Origin: an uncultured delta proteobacterium
GTDB taxonomy: Bacteria > Myxococcota > Myxococcia > Myxococcales > Myxococcaceae
DNA: 64,000 nucleotides
Reading direction: 5' to 3'
Assembly: GCA_963796055.1 (NCBI GenBank)
Contig: CAWCKH010000004.1
Span: 3,008,001-3,072,000, forward strand
Shown here: positions 49,134-58,740 of the stretch, piece by piece
How the letters are laid out: each line of letters begins with the position of its first letter
Position numbering within the stretch: position 1 is the first letter of the stretch
Notes under the pieces: model-generated
Told to the model about the DNA's origin: nothing
Databases searched by the model: none
What the model saw: the letters and a program-made list of their open reading frames with translations, nothing else
Program-made: the position numbers and the translations under genes

Positions 49134-50111
49134 TTACGCTCCGCCCATCGTCGACCGGACGCGCGGGTCCAGCACCCGGTAGCTCAGGTCGACCACCAGG
49201 TTGATGAGGACGAAGGCCACCGCCGCCAGAAGCAGGTAGCTGGAGATGACCGGCACGTCGACGAACTGCACGGCCTGCAGGAACAGCAAACCCATCCCGG
49301 GCCACTGGAACACCGTCTCGGTCACCACCGAGAAGGCCAGGAGGTTCCCCAGCTGCAAGGCGGCCACGGTGATCACCGGGAGCAGTGCGTTCCGGAGCCC
49401 GTGCCGGAAGTGGATCGACCGCTCGGGCAGCCCCCGCGCCCGGGCGAAGCGGACGTGGTCGGAGTGGAGCACGTCCAGGAGCTCTCCCCGGACCAGCCGG
49501 AGCAGCAGCGCCAGCGAGTAGAGGGCCAGGGTGATGGACGGGAGGAGTACCGAGCGCAGCCCGCTCGCGGTCAACAGGCCCGTGGTCCAGGGCCCGACCG
49601 ACACCACCTGGCCCCGTCCGGACGAGGGGAGCCACTGCAGCTGGACGGCAAAGAGGAAGATCAAGAGAAGGCCGATCAGGAACGTGGGGACCGAGAGCCC
49701 CGCCAGCGAGCCCCCGAGGATGACCTTGCTCAGCACGGAGCCACGCCGGAGCGCGGTGTAGATCCCCATCGGCACCCCGAGCAGGAGCGTGAGCAGCATC
49801 GCCACCCCGGACAGCTCCACGCTCGCCGGGAGCCGCTCGGCGAGGAGCTCTCCCACCGGGATGCCCAACCGATAGGAAACGCCGAGCTGTCCGCGGGTGA
49901 CACGCCCCAGGTACCGCCCGTACTGCACCACGAAGGGCCGGTCGAGCCCCAGCTGCTGGCGCATCGCCTCCCGCTCCTCGCTGGTGGCGTTCTGCCCGAG
50001 CATGTTGTTCACCGGGTCGCCGAGCTTGGTGGAGACCGCGAACGCCAGCAGGCCCACCACCAGCATCACGCCCAGCCCTTGAAGGAGGCGGGTGAGGATC
50101 CCGGCGATCAC
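49134..50111 (-). CDS. dppB: Dpp/Opp-type ABC transporter permease (B)
   Basis: LGLDRP..VQY, ARARGL..RHGLRNALLP and TETVFQWPGMG. Confidence 0.9.
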   Translation of the reverse strand: MIAGILTRLLQGLGVMLVVGLLAFAVSTKLGDPVNNMLGQNATSEEREAMRQQLGLDRPFVVQYGRYLGRVTRGQLGVSYRLGIPVGELLAERLPASVELSGVAMLLTLLLGVPMGIYTALRRGSVLSKVILGGSLAGLSVPTFLIGLLLIFLFAVQLQWLPSSGRGQVVSVGPWTTGLLTASGLRSVLLPSITLALYSLALLLRLVRGELLDVLHSDHVRFARARGLPERSIHFRHGLRNALLPVITVAALQLGNLLAFSVVTETVFQWPGMGLLFLQAVQFVDVPVISSYLLLAAVAFVLINLVVDLSYRVLDPRVRSTMGGA

Positions 50112-51688
50112 TGGCGCATCTTCACGAAGCGGAGCTGCACCCGGTCGCGCGGATCGGGGACCACCTCCACGGCATCGCGCGCTCCCCAGATCACCAGCTG
50201 CTCGTGGAGCGGGAGGTGGCCAAAGTCCTCCTTGTGGATCCGCAGCGCCTCGGAGATCAGCTTCCTCCGCTTCTCGGGGTCCATCTCCACGCGGATCTGG
50301 GTCACCAGCTCCTCGACCCTGGGATTGGTGTACCGGCCACCGTTCCAGGCGCCGCTACCCTCGAGCTTCATGGTCATGACCGGAAGCAGGGTGGCCATGG
50401 CGTCCGCGGTCTCGGGGCTGAACCCGAGCAGGAAGAAGCTGGTGTTGTTGTTCGACTTCTTGAGGATCTTGTCGAAGTGCTTCGACTTGGTCTGGGCGTT
50501 CAGGGTGACCTTGACGCCCACCCGGGCGAGCATCGGTACCAGCGACTGGCAGATCGCCTCGTCGTTGATGTAGCGGTCGTTGGGGCAATCGAGCGTCACC
50601 GGGAATCCGTCGGGGTAGCCAGCCTCGGCGAGCAGCTTCCGCGAGGCCGCCGGATCGTACGGGTAGCGCTCGCGCAGCTTGGGGTCGTACCCCTCGGTCC
50701 CCTCGGGGATGATCAGCCCGGTGGGCGCAGCCATGCCCCGCATCACCTTTGCGCGGATCGCCTCCTCGTCGATGGCCTGGTACACCGCGCGCCGCACGCG
50801 GACGTCCCGGAAGGGGTTCTTCTTCGAGCCCGGCATGTCCAGCGACTCGTCCCGCCACTGGTCCATGCCCAAAAAGACGACCCGGAGCTCGGGCCGCTTG
50901 ATGATCCGGAACCCCTTCTGGTTCTCGACCCGCGCCACGTCCTGCGGCGCCACCGGGTAGGCCAGGTCGACCTCGCCGGAGATGAGCGCCGCCAGCCGGG
51001 TGGCGGCGTTGGCGATCGGGCGAAACTCGGCCCGGGTGATGGCGTACTTCCTGTTCGAGAGGTCCCACCATTTGGGGAAGGGGACCAGCACGGTGCGGGT
51101 GTCGGGGACGCGCTCCACGACCTGGAAGGGACCGGTGCCGTTCTCGTGGCGGGTGGCGTAGGTCTCCTCGCTCAGGCCGGCCACCGGCTCGGTGGTGGCG
51201 TGCTGCTCCGACCACTTCTTCGACATGATGAAGTGCTCGGTGAGGTTCCGGAGCAGGATGGGATCCGGGCCGTCGGTGACGTACTCGATGGTGTAGTCGT
51301 CGATCTTCCGCACGCTCTTGATCGACGAGACGTGCGAGGCCATCACCGAGTTCTTCGAGTGCTGCCGACCGTAGGAGAAGACCACGTCGTCGGCGGTGAA
51401 CGGCGTGCCATCGTGGAAGGTCACCCCCTTGCGCAGCCGGAAGCGCCAGGTCGTCGGGTTCACCGCCATCCAGCTCACCGCCAGGGCCGGCTCGGGCTCG
51501 AGCTTCTCGTTGAACCGGACCAGCCCCTCGTAAAGGTTGTTCTTGAACGAGTTGGAGAGCGCCTCGTCCGCCGAGTGGGGATCCAAAGTCAGGAGATCTC
51601 CGGTCGAGGCATAGCGGAAGGTCTGAGCCTTCCCCGAGCCGACCACCAGCAGCGCCCCGAGCAGAGCCGCACACCGCGTCGCGCGCAT
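50108..51688 (-). CDS. dppA: Family-5 ABC substrate-binding protein (DppA-like)
   Basis: TLDPH, YEGL, PALA.SW..WRFRLRKGVTFHDG.PFTADDV, GTGPF and LLAEAGYPDG; the actual substrate is unknown. Confidence 0.88.
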   Translation of the reverse strand: MRATRCAALLGALLVVGSGKAQTFRYASTGDLLTLDPHSADEALSNSFKNNLYEGLVRFNEKLEPEPALAVSWMAVNPTTWRFRLRKGVTFHDGTPFTADDVVFSYGRQHSKNSVMASHVSSIKSVRKIDDYTIEYVTDGPDPILLRNLTEHFIMSKKWSEQHATTEPVAGLSEETYATRHENGTGPFQVVERVPDTRTVLVPFPKWWDLSNRKYAITRAEFRPIANAATRLAALISGEVDLAYPVAPQDVARVENQKGFRIIKRPELRVVFLGMDQWRDESLDMPGSKKNPFRDVRVRRAVYQAIDEEAIRAKVMRGMAAPTGLIIPEGTEGYDPKLRERYPYDPAASRKLLAEAGYPDGFPVTLDCPNDRYINDEAICQSLVPMLARVGVKVTLNAQTKSKHFDKILKKSNNNTSFFLLGFSPETADAMATLLPVMTMKLEGSGAWNGGRYTNPRVEELVTQIRVEMDPEKRRKLISEALRIHKEDFGHLPLHEQLVIWGARDAVEVVPDPRDRVQLRFVKMRQ

Positions 51689-51794
51689 CCGTCCCCTCCG
51701 CAGCTCCGGCAGCGGTCGGCTGCCGGGGAGGCGGCAGGCTAGCGCAGGACGGAGACGAATCGGAGAAGGACCTGGTCGGGCGGATCCGGACCGC

Positions 51795-52448
51795 TCAGCG
51801 GGAGGCCAGCGGGGTGCGACGCACGAACACGTAGGGCACGGCGTCGTTGCCCCATCTCTGCGCCCCGGTGGGGTCGAATCCCCGTTCCCAGAAGCGCAGG
51901 CCCACGTCGTCGAGCATCACCTCGCTGGTGGCGTAGGTCGCGCCTCCCTGCGTGCTGGGACACCCCCGGCCACTGGTGGCGCCGCGAAGGACCCTCCCCT
52001 CGGCGCGCAGCGCGACCGCACAGCCCACCCGCTCCACCAGCTCGTCCCGGGCGAAGCGCGGCGGCGTGCTCCGGCCACAGGCGCCGACCGCAGAGCGCGG
52101 GTTCTCGAGCTCGAACACCCGCGACACGGCCGCGGACTCGATCGGCTCTCCCGGCTCGAGGGCGTACACCCGCTGGCGGATGGGGGCGGCGAGCGCGTCG
52201 AGCCGGGCCTGCTCGACATAGAGCACCCGAGGGCCGAGCGCCGGCACGTCCGCCGGACAGGCCACGAGCTGCATGGCCTGGTACCCCGGCGAGCTGCGCG
52301 CCTGATCCGCCGAATCGAATCGTCCCTCGAGGAGGCGATAGGTGACGTCCGCCGCCCCGGCGGGGGCCGCCCGGGAAGGAGCGACGGTGGTGGGTGACGA
52401 GGTCGCGCAGCCGAGCCCGAGCAGGGCCACGGCGCAGGCCCTCTTCAA
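51795..52448 (-). CDS. CpcT/CpeT-family (bilin lyase-like) lipoprotein
   Basis: Lipobox LGLGC; LEGRFDSADQA, LYVEQA..PIRQRVY, GC, YATSEV, WERGFD..G.QRWG and PYVF. Start TTG 52448 is uncertain. Confidence 0.82.
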   Translation of the reverse strand: MKRACAVALLGLGCATSSPTTVAPSRAAPAGAADVTYRLLEGRFDSADQARSSPGYQAMQLVACPADVPALGPRVLYVEQARLDALAAPIRQRVYALEPGEPIESAAVSRVFELENPRSAVGACGRSTPPRFARDELVERVGCAVALRAEGRVLRGATSGRGCPSTQGGATYATSEVMLDDVGLRFWERGFDPTGAQRWGNDAVPYVFVRRTPLASR

Positions 52449-52554
52449 CCGAGGTCGTGGAGATCGCTGGACGAGGCGCAGGCCCTCGAGGTTAACACCC
52501 GCGTTGGAGTGGACGCGGTCGCACACCGGCTCCGGATCGGCGCTCGTCTCGCAC

Positions 52555-53142
<588 letters not shown>

Positions 53143-53151
53143 GGTCGTCTC

Positions 53152-53529
53152 TTAACTCTCCCAGTCCAGCGCGCCCTTCTTCCACACGTAAGCCAGTCCG
53201 ATGACCAGGGTGACGGCGAAGACCAGCATCTCCATGTACCCGAACCAGCCGAGCGCCTTGAAGTTCACCGCCCAGGGGTAGAGGAACACCGTCTCCACGT
53301 CGAAGACGATGAAGAGCAGGGCGACCACGTAGAACTTCACCGCGAAGCGCTGGCGCGCGGTGCCGGGCGAGGGCTCGCTCCCCGCCTCGAAGATGGTCGA
53401 CTTCACGACCGAGGGGCGATGGGGGCCGAGGAGGGCCGACATGAAGCTGACCACGGCACCCATGCCTCCGGCGATGAGCAGCACCGCGAGCAACGGTCCG
53501 TAGGGGGCGAGGGCTGCGTCGGGGGTCAT
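53152..53529 (-). CDS. nuoA: NADH-quinone oxidoreductase subunit A
   Basis: FEAG, FYVVALLFIVFDVE..FLYPW and WKKGALDW. ATG 53529 is preferred because the ORF-track TTG at 53571 is part of a TTGACA hexamer. Confidence 0.94.
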   Translation of the reverse strand: MTPDAALAPYGPLLAVLLIAGGMGAVVSFMSALLGPHRPSVVKSTIFEAGSEPSPGTARQRFAVKFYVVALLFIVFDVETVFLYPWAVNFKALGWFGYMEMLVFAVTLVIGLAYVWKKGALDWES

Positions 53530-53567
53530 CGGGGCGGGCGCATACAACGACGGGGCATCGCGGGGTG

Positions 53568-54392
53568 TCAACGCCGGGAAGCAGCCCGGGCCTCCAGTCG
53601 TGCGAAGTGTGAGGGGTCGAGCGACACCATCCCGAGCCGCCGGTCCGGGGTCACCCGCGGTCCGTGGTAGTCGCTCCCGGCGGTGGGCACCAGGCCGAGG
53701 GCGTCCGCCTGGCGGAGGAACGCCTCGCGCTGGCTGGGCACGTGGTCCGGGTGGAAGATCTCCAGCCCGTCCAGGCCCGCCTTCGCCAGTCGCTCCAGGG
53801 TGAAGCTCGAGACCTTGCTCGAGCCCGGGTGGGCGATGGTGGCGGTTCCGCCCGCCCCATGGAGCATGGCGATGGCCTCCTCGGCCGGGAGCCGGAAGCG
53901 GTCCACGTACGCGGGCTTGCCGTCGCCGAGGAAACGGTCGAACGCCTCTCGGATCGACGTCACGTACCCGCGGGTGAGCAGCGCCAGGGCGAGGTGGGGG
54001 CGTCCGAGGTGCGCTCCCGCGGCGATGCGCTCCACCTCCTCGAACGTGATCGGGAAACCCAGGGCGTTCATCCGCTCCACCATCCGCCCCATGCGCTCGG
54101 CGCGCTCGTCACGGAGCCGGTCAGAGAAGCTGGCTAGCCCCGGCTCCACCGGGTTCACGAAGTGGCCGAGGACGTGGACTTCCCGGCCCTCCGCCTCCGT
54201 GGAAACCTCGATTCCCGGCACCAGCCGGATTCCCTGCACCTCCGCCGCCGCCTGAGCCCGGGCGAGGCCCTTCACCGTGTCGTGGTCGGTCACCGCCAGG
54301 GTCGTCACCCCCGCCGCCCGTGCCCGGGCGAGCAGGTCCTCCGGCGAGTGCTCTCCGTCGCTGGCCGTGGTGTGCGAATGCAGGTCAATCAT
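53568..54392 (-). CDS. PHP-domain phosphoesterase (TrpH/YciV-like)
   Basis: DLHSHTTASDG, TDHD, GIEVS, GRPH, AHP and GSDYHG. Confidence 0.93.
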   Translation of the reverse strand: MIDLHSHTTASDGEHSPEDLLARARAAGVTTLAVTDHDTVKGLARAQAAAEVQGIRLVPGIEVSTEAEGREVHVLGHFVNPVEPGLASFSDRLRDERAERMGRMVERMNALGFPITFEEVERIAAGAHLGRPHLALALLTRGYVTSIREAFDRFLGDGKPAYVDRFRLPAEEAIAMLHGAGGTATIAHPGSSKVSSFTLERLAKAGLDGLEIFHPDHVPSQREAFLRQADALGLVPTAGSDYHGPRVTPDRRLGMVSLDPSHFARLEARAASRR

Positions 54393-54411
54393 CAGGGGAC
54401 AGCCCATTGCG

Positions 54412-54440
54412 TTGAAATGTGGACCGGCGAGGCCTATAAT
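54412..54440 (+). promoter_or_regulatory. Near-consensus sigma70 promoter for the Rrf2 gene
   Basis: TTGAAA(54412)-N17-TATAAT(54435), 39 nt upstream of ATG 54480. Confidence 0.75.
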
Positions 54441-54479
54441 CTCTCAACCGCTCGAAATCTCAAGCGGATTCCGCCCCCC

Positions 54480-54953
54480 ATGCAGCACCCCCTCCAGATC
54501 TCCCGGCGCATCGAGTATGGCCTCCGGGCCATGGTGTGCCTGGCTGCCCAGCCGGAGGGCAGGGTGATGCCCTTTCGCGAGATCGCCCGGCGGATGAATG
54601 TCCCCCAGGACTTCCTGGCCAAGATCCTCAAGCAGCTCGTCACCCGCCAGCTGGCGGTGAGCACCCGGGGCGCCCGCGGTGGGTACCGCCTCGGCCGTCC
54701 GGCGCGGGAGATCTCCTTCCTCGAGGTCATCGAGGCGGTCGAGGGGCCGGTGGTGGTGAACCTCTGCCAGGACGGACACGACGCGTGCCGCCTGTCGCGC
54801 GGCTGCACGCTCTACGGCGTCTGGAAGCGCGGGCAGGAGCGGATGCTCGACGTGTACCGCACCGCCACCCTGGACCAGCTGGCCATGGCCGAGCTGAAGC
54901 CCGGGGACCTGACGGTGGTGCCCACACCCCCGGCCGCGGCGGCGGGGGCGTAG
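54480..54953 (+). CDS. Rrf2-family regulator with three Cys (IscR/NsrR-like)
   Basis: EYGLRAM, FLAKIL, STRGARGGY.L, EVIEAVEG and C-x6-C-x5-C. Confidence 0.9.
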   Translation: MQHPLQISRRIEYGLRAMVCLAAQPEGRVMPFREIARRMNVPQDFLAKILKQLVTRQLAVSTRGARGGYRLGRPAREISFLEVIEAVEGPVVVNLCQDGHDACRLSRGCTLYGVWKRGQERMLDVYRTATLDQLAMAELKPGDLTVVPTPPAAAAGA

Positions 54954-54964
54954 GGAGCGCTTCG

Positions 54965-55291
54965 GTGATCCGTGACCCGATGCAGGCGCTGGAGCGCGAC
55001 CTCCAGGCCGAGCGTGCCTCCGCCCTGGCGCGGATCAGCGACCTGTTCGAGAAGGCGCTGGAAGTGTGGGAGGCGCTGGAGGCGGGGGAGCTCCCGCCGC
55101 TGTCGTCGATCGAGGCGCAGGTCGCTCGGCGCACCGAGCTCCGCGACCTCACCGCCGAGCGGCTGTGGATGCTCCTGGTCCAGCGCGAGTGTGTCGGGCT
55201 GCGCGAGCACCGGGACATTCTCCACCGCGTGCCGCAGGAGATCCGCCGCCGCATCGGGCCGCGCCGGCGGTTGACGCGCCTGCCACCCTGA
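54965..55291 (+). CDS. Small helical protein (DUF6665-like)
   Basis: LERDLQAERASALAR...LWMLLVQRECVGLR pattern. Start is GTG 54965 or ATG 54980. Confidence 0.65.
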   Translation: MIRDPMQALERDLQAERASALARISDLFEKALEVWEALEAGELPPLSSIEAQVARRTELRDLTAERLWMLLVQRECVGLREHRDILHRVPQEIRRRIGPRRRLTRLPP

Positions 55292-55441
55292 GGCGCGCGG
55301 AGCCGGGCCCCGACACGAAGGTTCGAGGCAGGGCCGCCGTGGGCCCCGAGGACGTGGGGTCTCTGGGGCCAGGTGCCCGGACGCGGGCCGAGCGCTGGTC
55401 GCTGGCCTGGCCGTCGGGCGGTGCTACCGCGTGGGGCGAGC

Positions 55442-56755
55442 TCAACGGGCAGTCACCGCGTCCTTGAAGACCTTCCCGTCCTTCATCACGAACCCAACCT
55501 GCTCCAGCACCCGCACGTCCTTCAGCGGGTCGCCCTTCACCGCGACGATGTCCGCGTAGGCGCGCGGAGCCACGACGCCGATCTGCCCCTTCATCCCCAG
55601 CATCTCGGATGCCTTCGAGGTCGCGGACTGGATGGCCTGCATCGGCGTCATCCCGAACTCGACCATCCGCGAGAACTCCCGGGCGATCGGCTCCTTCCAG
55701 GAGAAGCCGCCCACGTCGCTTCCGAAGGCGATCTTCACCCCGGCCTTCAGCGCCCGGCGGAAGGAGGGCCCGTGCACCTCGACGCGCTTTCGGTCCCGCT
55801 TCCCGTCCGGCGTCCCCTCGGGCTCCCACGAGTGGTAGTAGGCCTCGATCGTCGGGCAGAGCCAGGTGCCCTGCTTCACCATCTGGGCCACCGCGGCGTC
55901 GTCCAGCTCCAGCCCGTGCTCGATGGAGTCGCACCCGCCGTCGAGCGCGCGCTTCATCCCGATCCCCCCGTAGGCGTGGCAGGCGACCTTCTTCCCCCAG
56001 CCGTGCACCTCGTCCACGATTGCCTTCAGCTCCTCCAGGGTGAGCGCTGGCTGAGAGACCAGATTGCCGGCCCTGTCCACCCAGGAGCGGTGGGTCATGT
56101 AGACCTTGATCCAGTCGGCCCCGTGATCGAGCTGCTCGCGGGCGGCCTTCCGCGCCTCCCACGGTCCGTCGACGATCTGCACCCCCTTCGGCACCGTCAC
56201 CTCGGGGGCATATCCCTCGAGCATGTACCCGCCGGTGCTGGAGATGGCCCGGGTCGCGACGAACAGGCGCGGGCCGGGGATGAGCCCCTCGTCGATGGCC
56301 CGCTTGATGCCCACGTCGCCGTAGCCGGCCCCCTCGGTGTCCACGTCGCGGAGCGTGGTGAAGCCCTGCTCGAGCGCGCGCCGCACCGCCACGGTCGCCC
56401 GCGCGGCCCGGTAGGCGATGGGCTCCTTGAGGAGCTGCGCGTCGTAGCCGCCCTCGGAGGCCTCCTCGCCGTGGAGCAGGATGTGGGTGTGCGAATCGAT
56501 GAGGCCGGGGAGCACCGTCGCCCCGGAGAGGTCGATGACCTTCGCCCCCGCCGGAATGCCACCGCCGCCGACGCTCTCGATCCGGTTGCCCCCGACGACG
56601 ATGACCTGGTTCGTCTTCGGTGAACCGGAGACCCCGTCGATCAGGACCCCGGCCTTGATGACCGTCACCGGCTGCGGGGCCGGTGCCGGGTCGGCGGCCA
56701 GCCCCGCGCGACAGACCAGTGACAGAAGCAGCACCCACCCGCGACGAACCGGCAT
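55442..56755 (-). CDS. Secreted amidohydrolase (Xaa-Pro dipeptidase-like)
   Basis: Signal peptide; PGLIDSHTH, WIKVY, ACHAYG, SIEHG and FGSDVG. Confidence 0.9.
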   Translation of the reverse strand: MPVRRGWVLLLSLVCRAGLAADPAPAPQPVTVIKAGVLIDGVSGSPKTNQVIVVGGNRIESVGGGGIPAGAKVIDLSGATVLPGLIDSHTHILLHGEEASEGGYDAQLLKEPIAYRAARATVAVRRALEQGFTTLRDVDTEGAGYGDVGIKRAIDEGLIPGPRLFVATRAISSTGGYMLEGYAPEVTVPKGVQIVDGPWEARKAAREQLDHGADWIKVYMTHRSWVDRAGNLVSQPALTLEELKAIVDEVHGWGKKVACHAYGGIGMKRALDGGCDSIEHGLELDDAAVAQMVKQGTWLCPTIEAYYHSWEPEGTPDGKRDRKRVEVHGPSFRRALKAGVKIAFGSDVGGFSWKEPIAREFSRMVEFGMTPMQAIQSATSKASEMLGMKGQIGVVAPRAYADIVAVKGDPLKDVRVLEQVGFVMKDGKVFKDAVTAR

Positions 56756-56835
56756 GTCCCACCCTCCCGAAAAGGGCGCGATGGTTCCGCATCCGAAGAC
56801 CCGGAGCAAAGCCATTCGTGATAGTCGGCCCCGCC

Positions 56836-58038
56836 ATGCCCAAGCCCTCCCAGCGCCGCGGCCTGCGGGCCGAGTATGCGAAGTCCCGGAGCGTCGATCC
56901 CCGGCCCATCACCGGGCGGGAGAAGCCGGCGGACCTTCTGGCCACCGCCTTCGGTGCCTACGTGGGGCGCCAGGAGCGCACCGCCTTCGAGCTGATGCAG
57001 CGGAGCGTGACCGAGGACTGCAGCATCTTCCTCACCCTGTCCGGGGCGATGACCCCGGCGGGGCTGCACCAGAGCTGCCTCATCCCGCTCATCGAGCGGG
57101 GCATCGTCAGCGCGCTCACCACCACCGGCGCCAACCTGTACCACGACGCCCACCGCATCATCGGGCACGCCATCCGCGAGGTGAACCCCAACGCCGGGGA
57201 CCTCCAGATGCGGTTGGCCCGCATCATTCGTATCTACGACCTCGGGTTCTGGGAGGAGGCACTGCTCGACACCGACCGGCTCTTCAGCGCGGTCATCCGC
57301 CGCCCCGAGTTCCAGCGGAAGATGACCACCCCGGAGTTCCACCATCTGCTCGGCAAGGCGGTGCACGGCATCGAGCGCTCCCTCGGAGTGAAGCAGCCCT
57401 CGCTTCTCGCCACCGCCTACAAGCACGCGGTGCCGATCTGGGTGGGCGCGGTGCAGGACGGGAGCATCTTCCTCAACGTGGTGAAGCTGAAGCGGCTGCT
57501 CGGGCCCGAGTTCCGGTTCGAGCTGGACATCAACGACGACGTCTACTCCATGGCCGCGATGCAGCACTTCTGCCGGCACCGTGGGAGCAACAAGCTGGCG
57601 ATCTGGATCCTCGGGGGCGGGGTGCCGAAGAACTACACCCTGCAGGGCGAGCCGCTGCTCGACCAGATCCTCTCGGTGCCCACCACCGGGTTCGACATCG
57701 ACGTGCAGTTCTGCGTCGACCCGGTGGACAACGGCGCGCTGTCCAGCTGTCCGGCGGGGGAGGGCCACACCTGGGGCAAGGTGTCGGTGGAAGCGGTGGA
57801 GACGGGCTCCGTCTACGTGCACACCGACGTCACCGCGGTGTTCCCCTGGCTCACCCACGCCCTGTTCTCCACCGGGGCGAAGCGGGCGCCGATGCGGCTG
57901 ATGGACCGGATGAGCGATGCCGTCGCCTTCCTCGACCGGGACGTCGCCCGGCGCAAGAAGAAGCTCCTGGCGACGATCGACTGGAGTCCGGACACCGCCC
58001 CCCCGACGAAGGGCACGCACGAGATGGTCGTCCGCTGA
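56836..58038 (+). CDS. Deoxyhypusine-synthase-like protein (probable homospermidine synthase)
   Basis: SGAMTPAG, TTGANLYHD, IRIYD, QDGSI, GGGVPKNY, GALSS and TWGK (imine-forming Lys). Confidence 0.88.
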   Translation: MPKPSQRRGLRAEYAKSRSVDPRPITGREKPADLLATAFGAYVGRQERTAFELMQRSVTEDCSIFLTLSGAMTPAGLHQSCLIPLIERGIVSALTTTGANLYHDAHRIIGHAIREVNPNAGDLQMRLARIIRIYDLGFWEEALLDTDRLFSAVIRRPEFQRKMTTPEFHHLLGKAVHGIERSLGVKQPSLLATAYKHAVPIWVGAVQDGSIFLNVVKLKRLLGPEFRFELDINDDVYSMAAMQHFCRHRGSNKLAIWILGGGVPKNYTLQGEPLLDQILSVPTTGFDIDVQFCVDPVDNGALSSCPAGEGHTWGKVSVEAVETGSVYVHTDVTAVFPWLTHALFSTGAKRAPMRLMDRMSDAVAFLDRDVARRKKKLLATIDWSPDTAPPTKGTHEMVVR

Positions 58039-58267
58039 GCACGGCGCCGGCTTCAGCGACGCCGCCCGATTCTGGCTGATCCTTCCGTGCGCTGAGGAAT
58101 CGGACCGATGGCGCCGAGGGACTCCGGACGCCCGGGGCGGCTCGGGCGCGCGGGGCCTGCCCCGCCGTCCTGACGCGGGCAGTCGCAGGCGGGAGCGCAC
58201 GATCCGGCTGAAGCGTCCTTCGCCGCCGGTTAGCGTGGTGGAGATTCGCTCTCCGGAGGTCCCCCAC

Positions 58268-58687
58268 ATGGCCGAGCAGCCCTACTTCGTCGAGATCACC
58301 GCCGAGTCCGTCGGCGGGTTGCACGTTCGTGTCGCCCACGGACCGAGCGGGGCGAGCTTCGGGACCGACGCGCCGAAGGACAACGGCGGCGACGGCTCGG
58401 GCTTCTCGCCGACGGACCTGGTCGCGACCGGGTTCCTGGATTGCATGCTCACCACCATGAGCATCGTCGCGAAGCGGGAGAACATTCCCTGGGGGAAGTT
58501 TCGCGGCCGGGTCGAGAAGCACATGACCGGGGTGCCGCGGCGGATCGGCATGCTGGTGGTCGACGCATGGATGCCGGCCGAGCTGCCAGAGGACAGGAGA
58601 GAGCAGATGGAGCGGATCGCGCACACCTGCCCGGTCGCCCGGAGTCTCCATCCCGACGTGAAGATCGATCTGCGGTTCCACTACTGA
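58268..58687 (+). CDS. OsmC-family protein
   Basis: TDAPKDNGG.G.GFSPTDL..C, KHM..PRRI and AHTCPV.RSL; GGAGG RBS. Confidence 0.9.
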   Translation: MAEQPYFVEITAESVGGLHVRVAHGPSGASFGTDAPKDNGGDGSGFSPTDLVATGFLDCMLTTMSIVAKRENIPWGKFRGRVEKHMTGVPRRIGMLVVDAWMPAELPEDRREQMERIAHTCPVARSLHPDVKIDLRFHY

Positions 58688-58689
58688 TC

Positions 58690-58704
58690 GCCGAGCAGCT
58701 CGGC
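58690..58704. terminator. Possible hairpin between convergent genes
   Basis: GCCGAG-CAG-CTCGGC just after the OsmC stop; no U-tract. Confidence 0.3.
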
Positions 58705-58740
58705 CCGGCGCGCTGAGCGGCGCACCGTGCAGGCCAGGAC

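Noticed and set aside
51795..52448. Phototrophy inferred from the CpcT homologue
   Set aside because: No phycobiliprotein, bilin reductase or photosystem genes in the window, and the protein has a lipobox.
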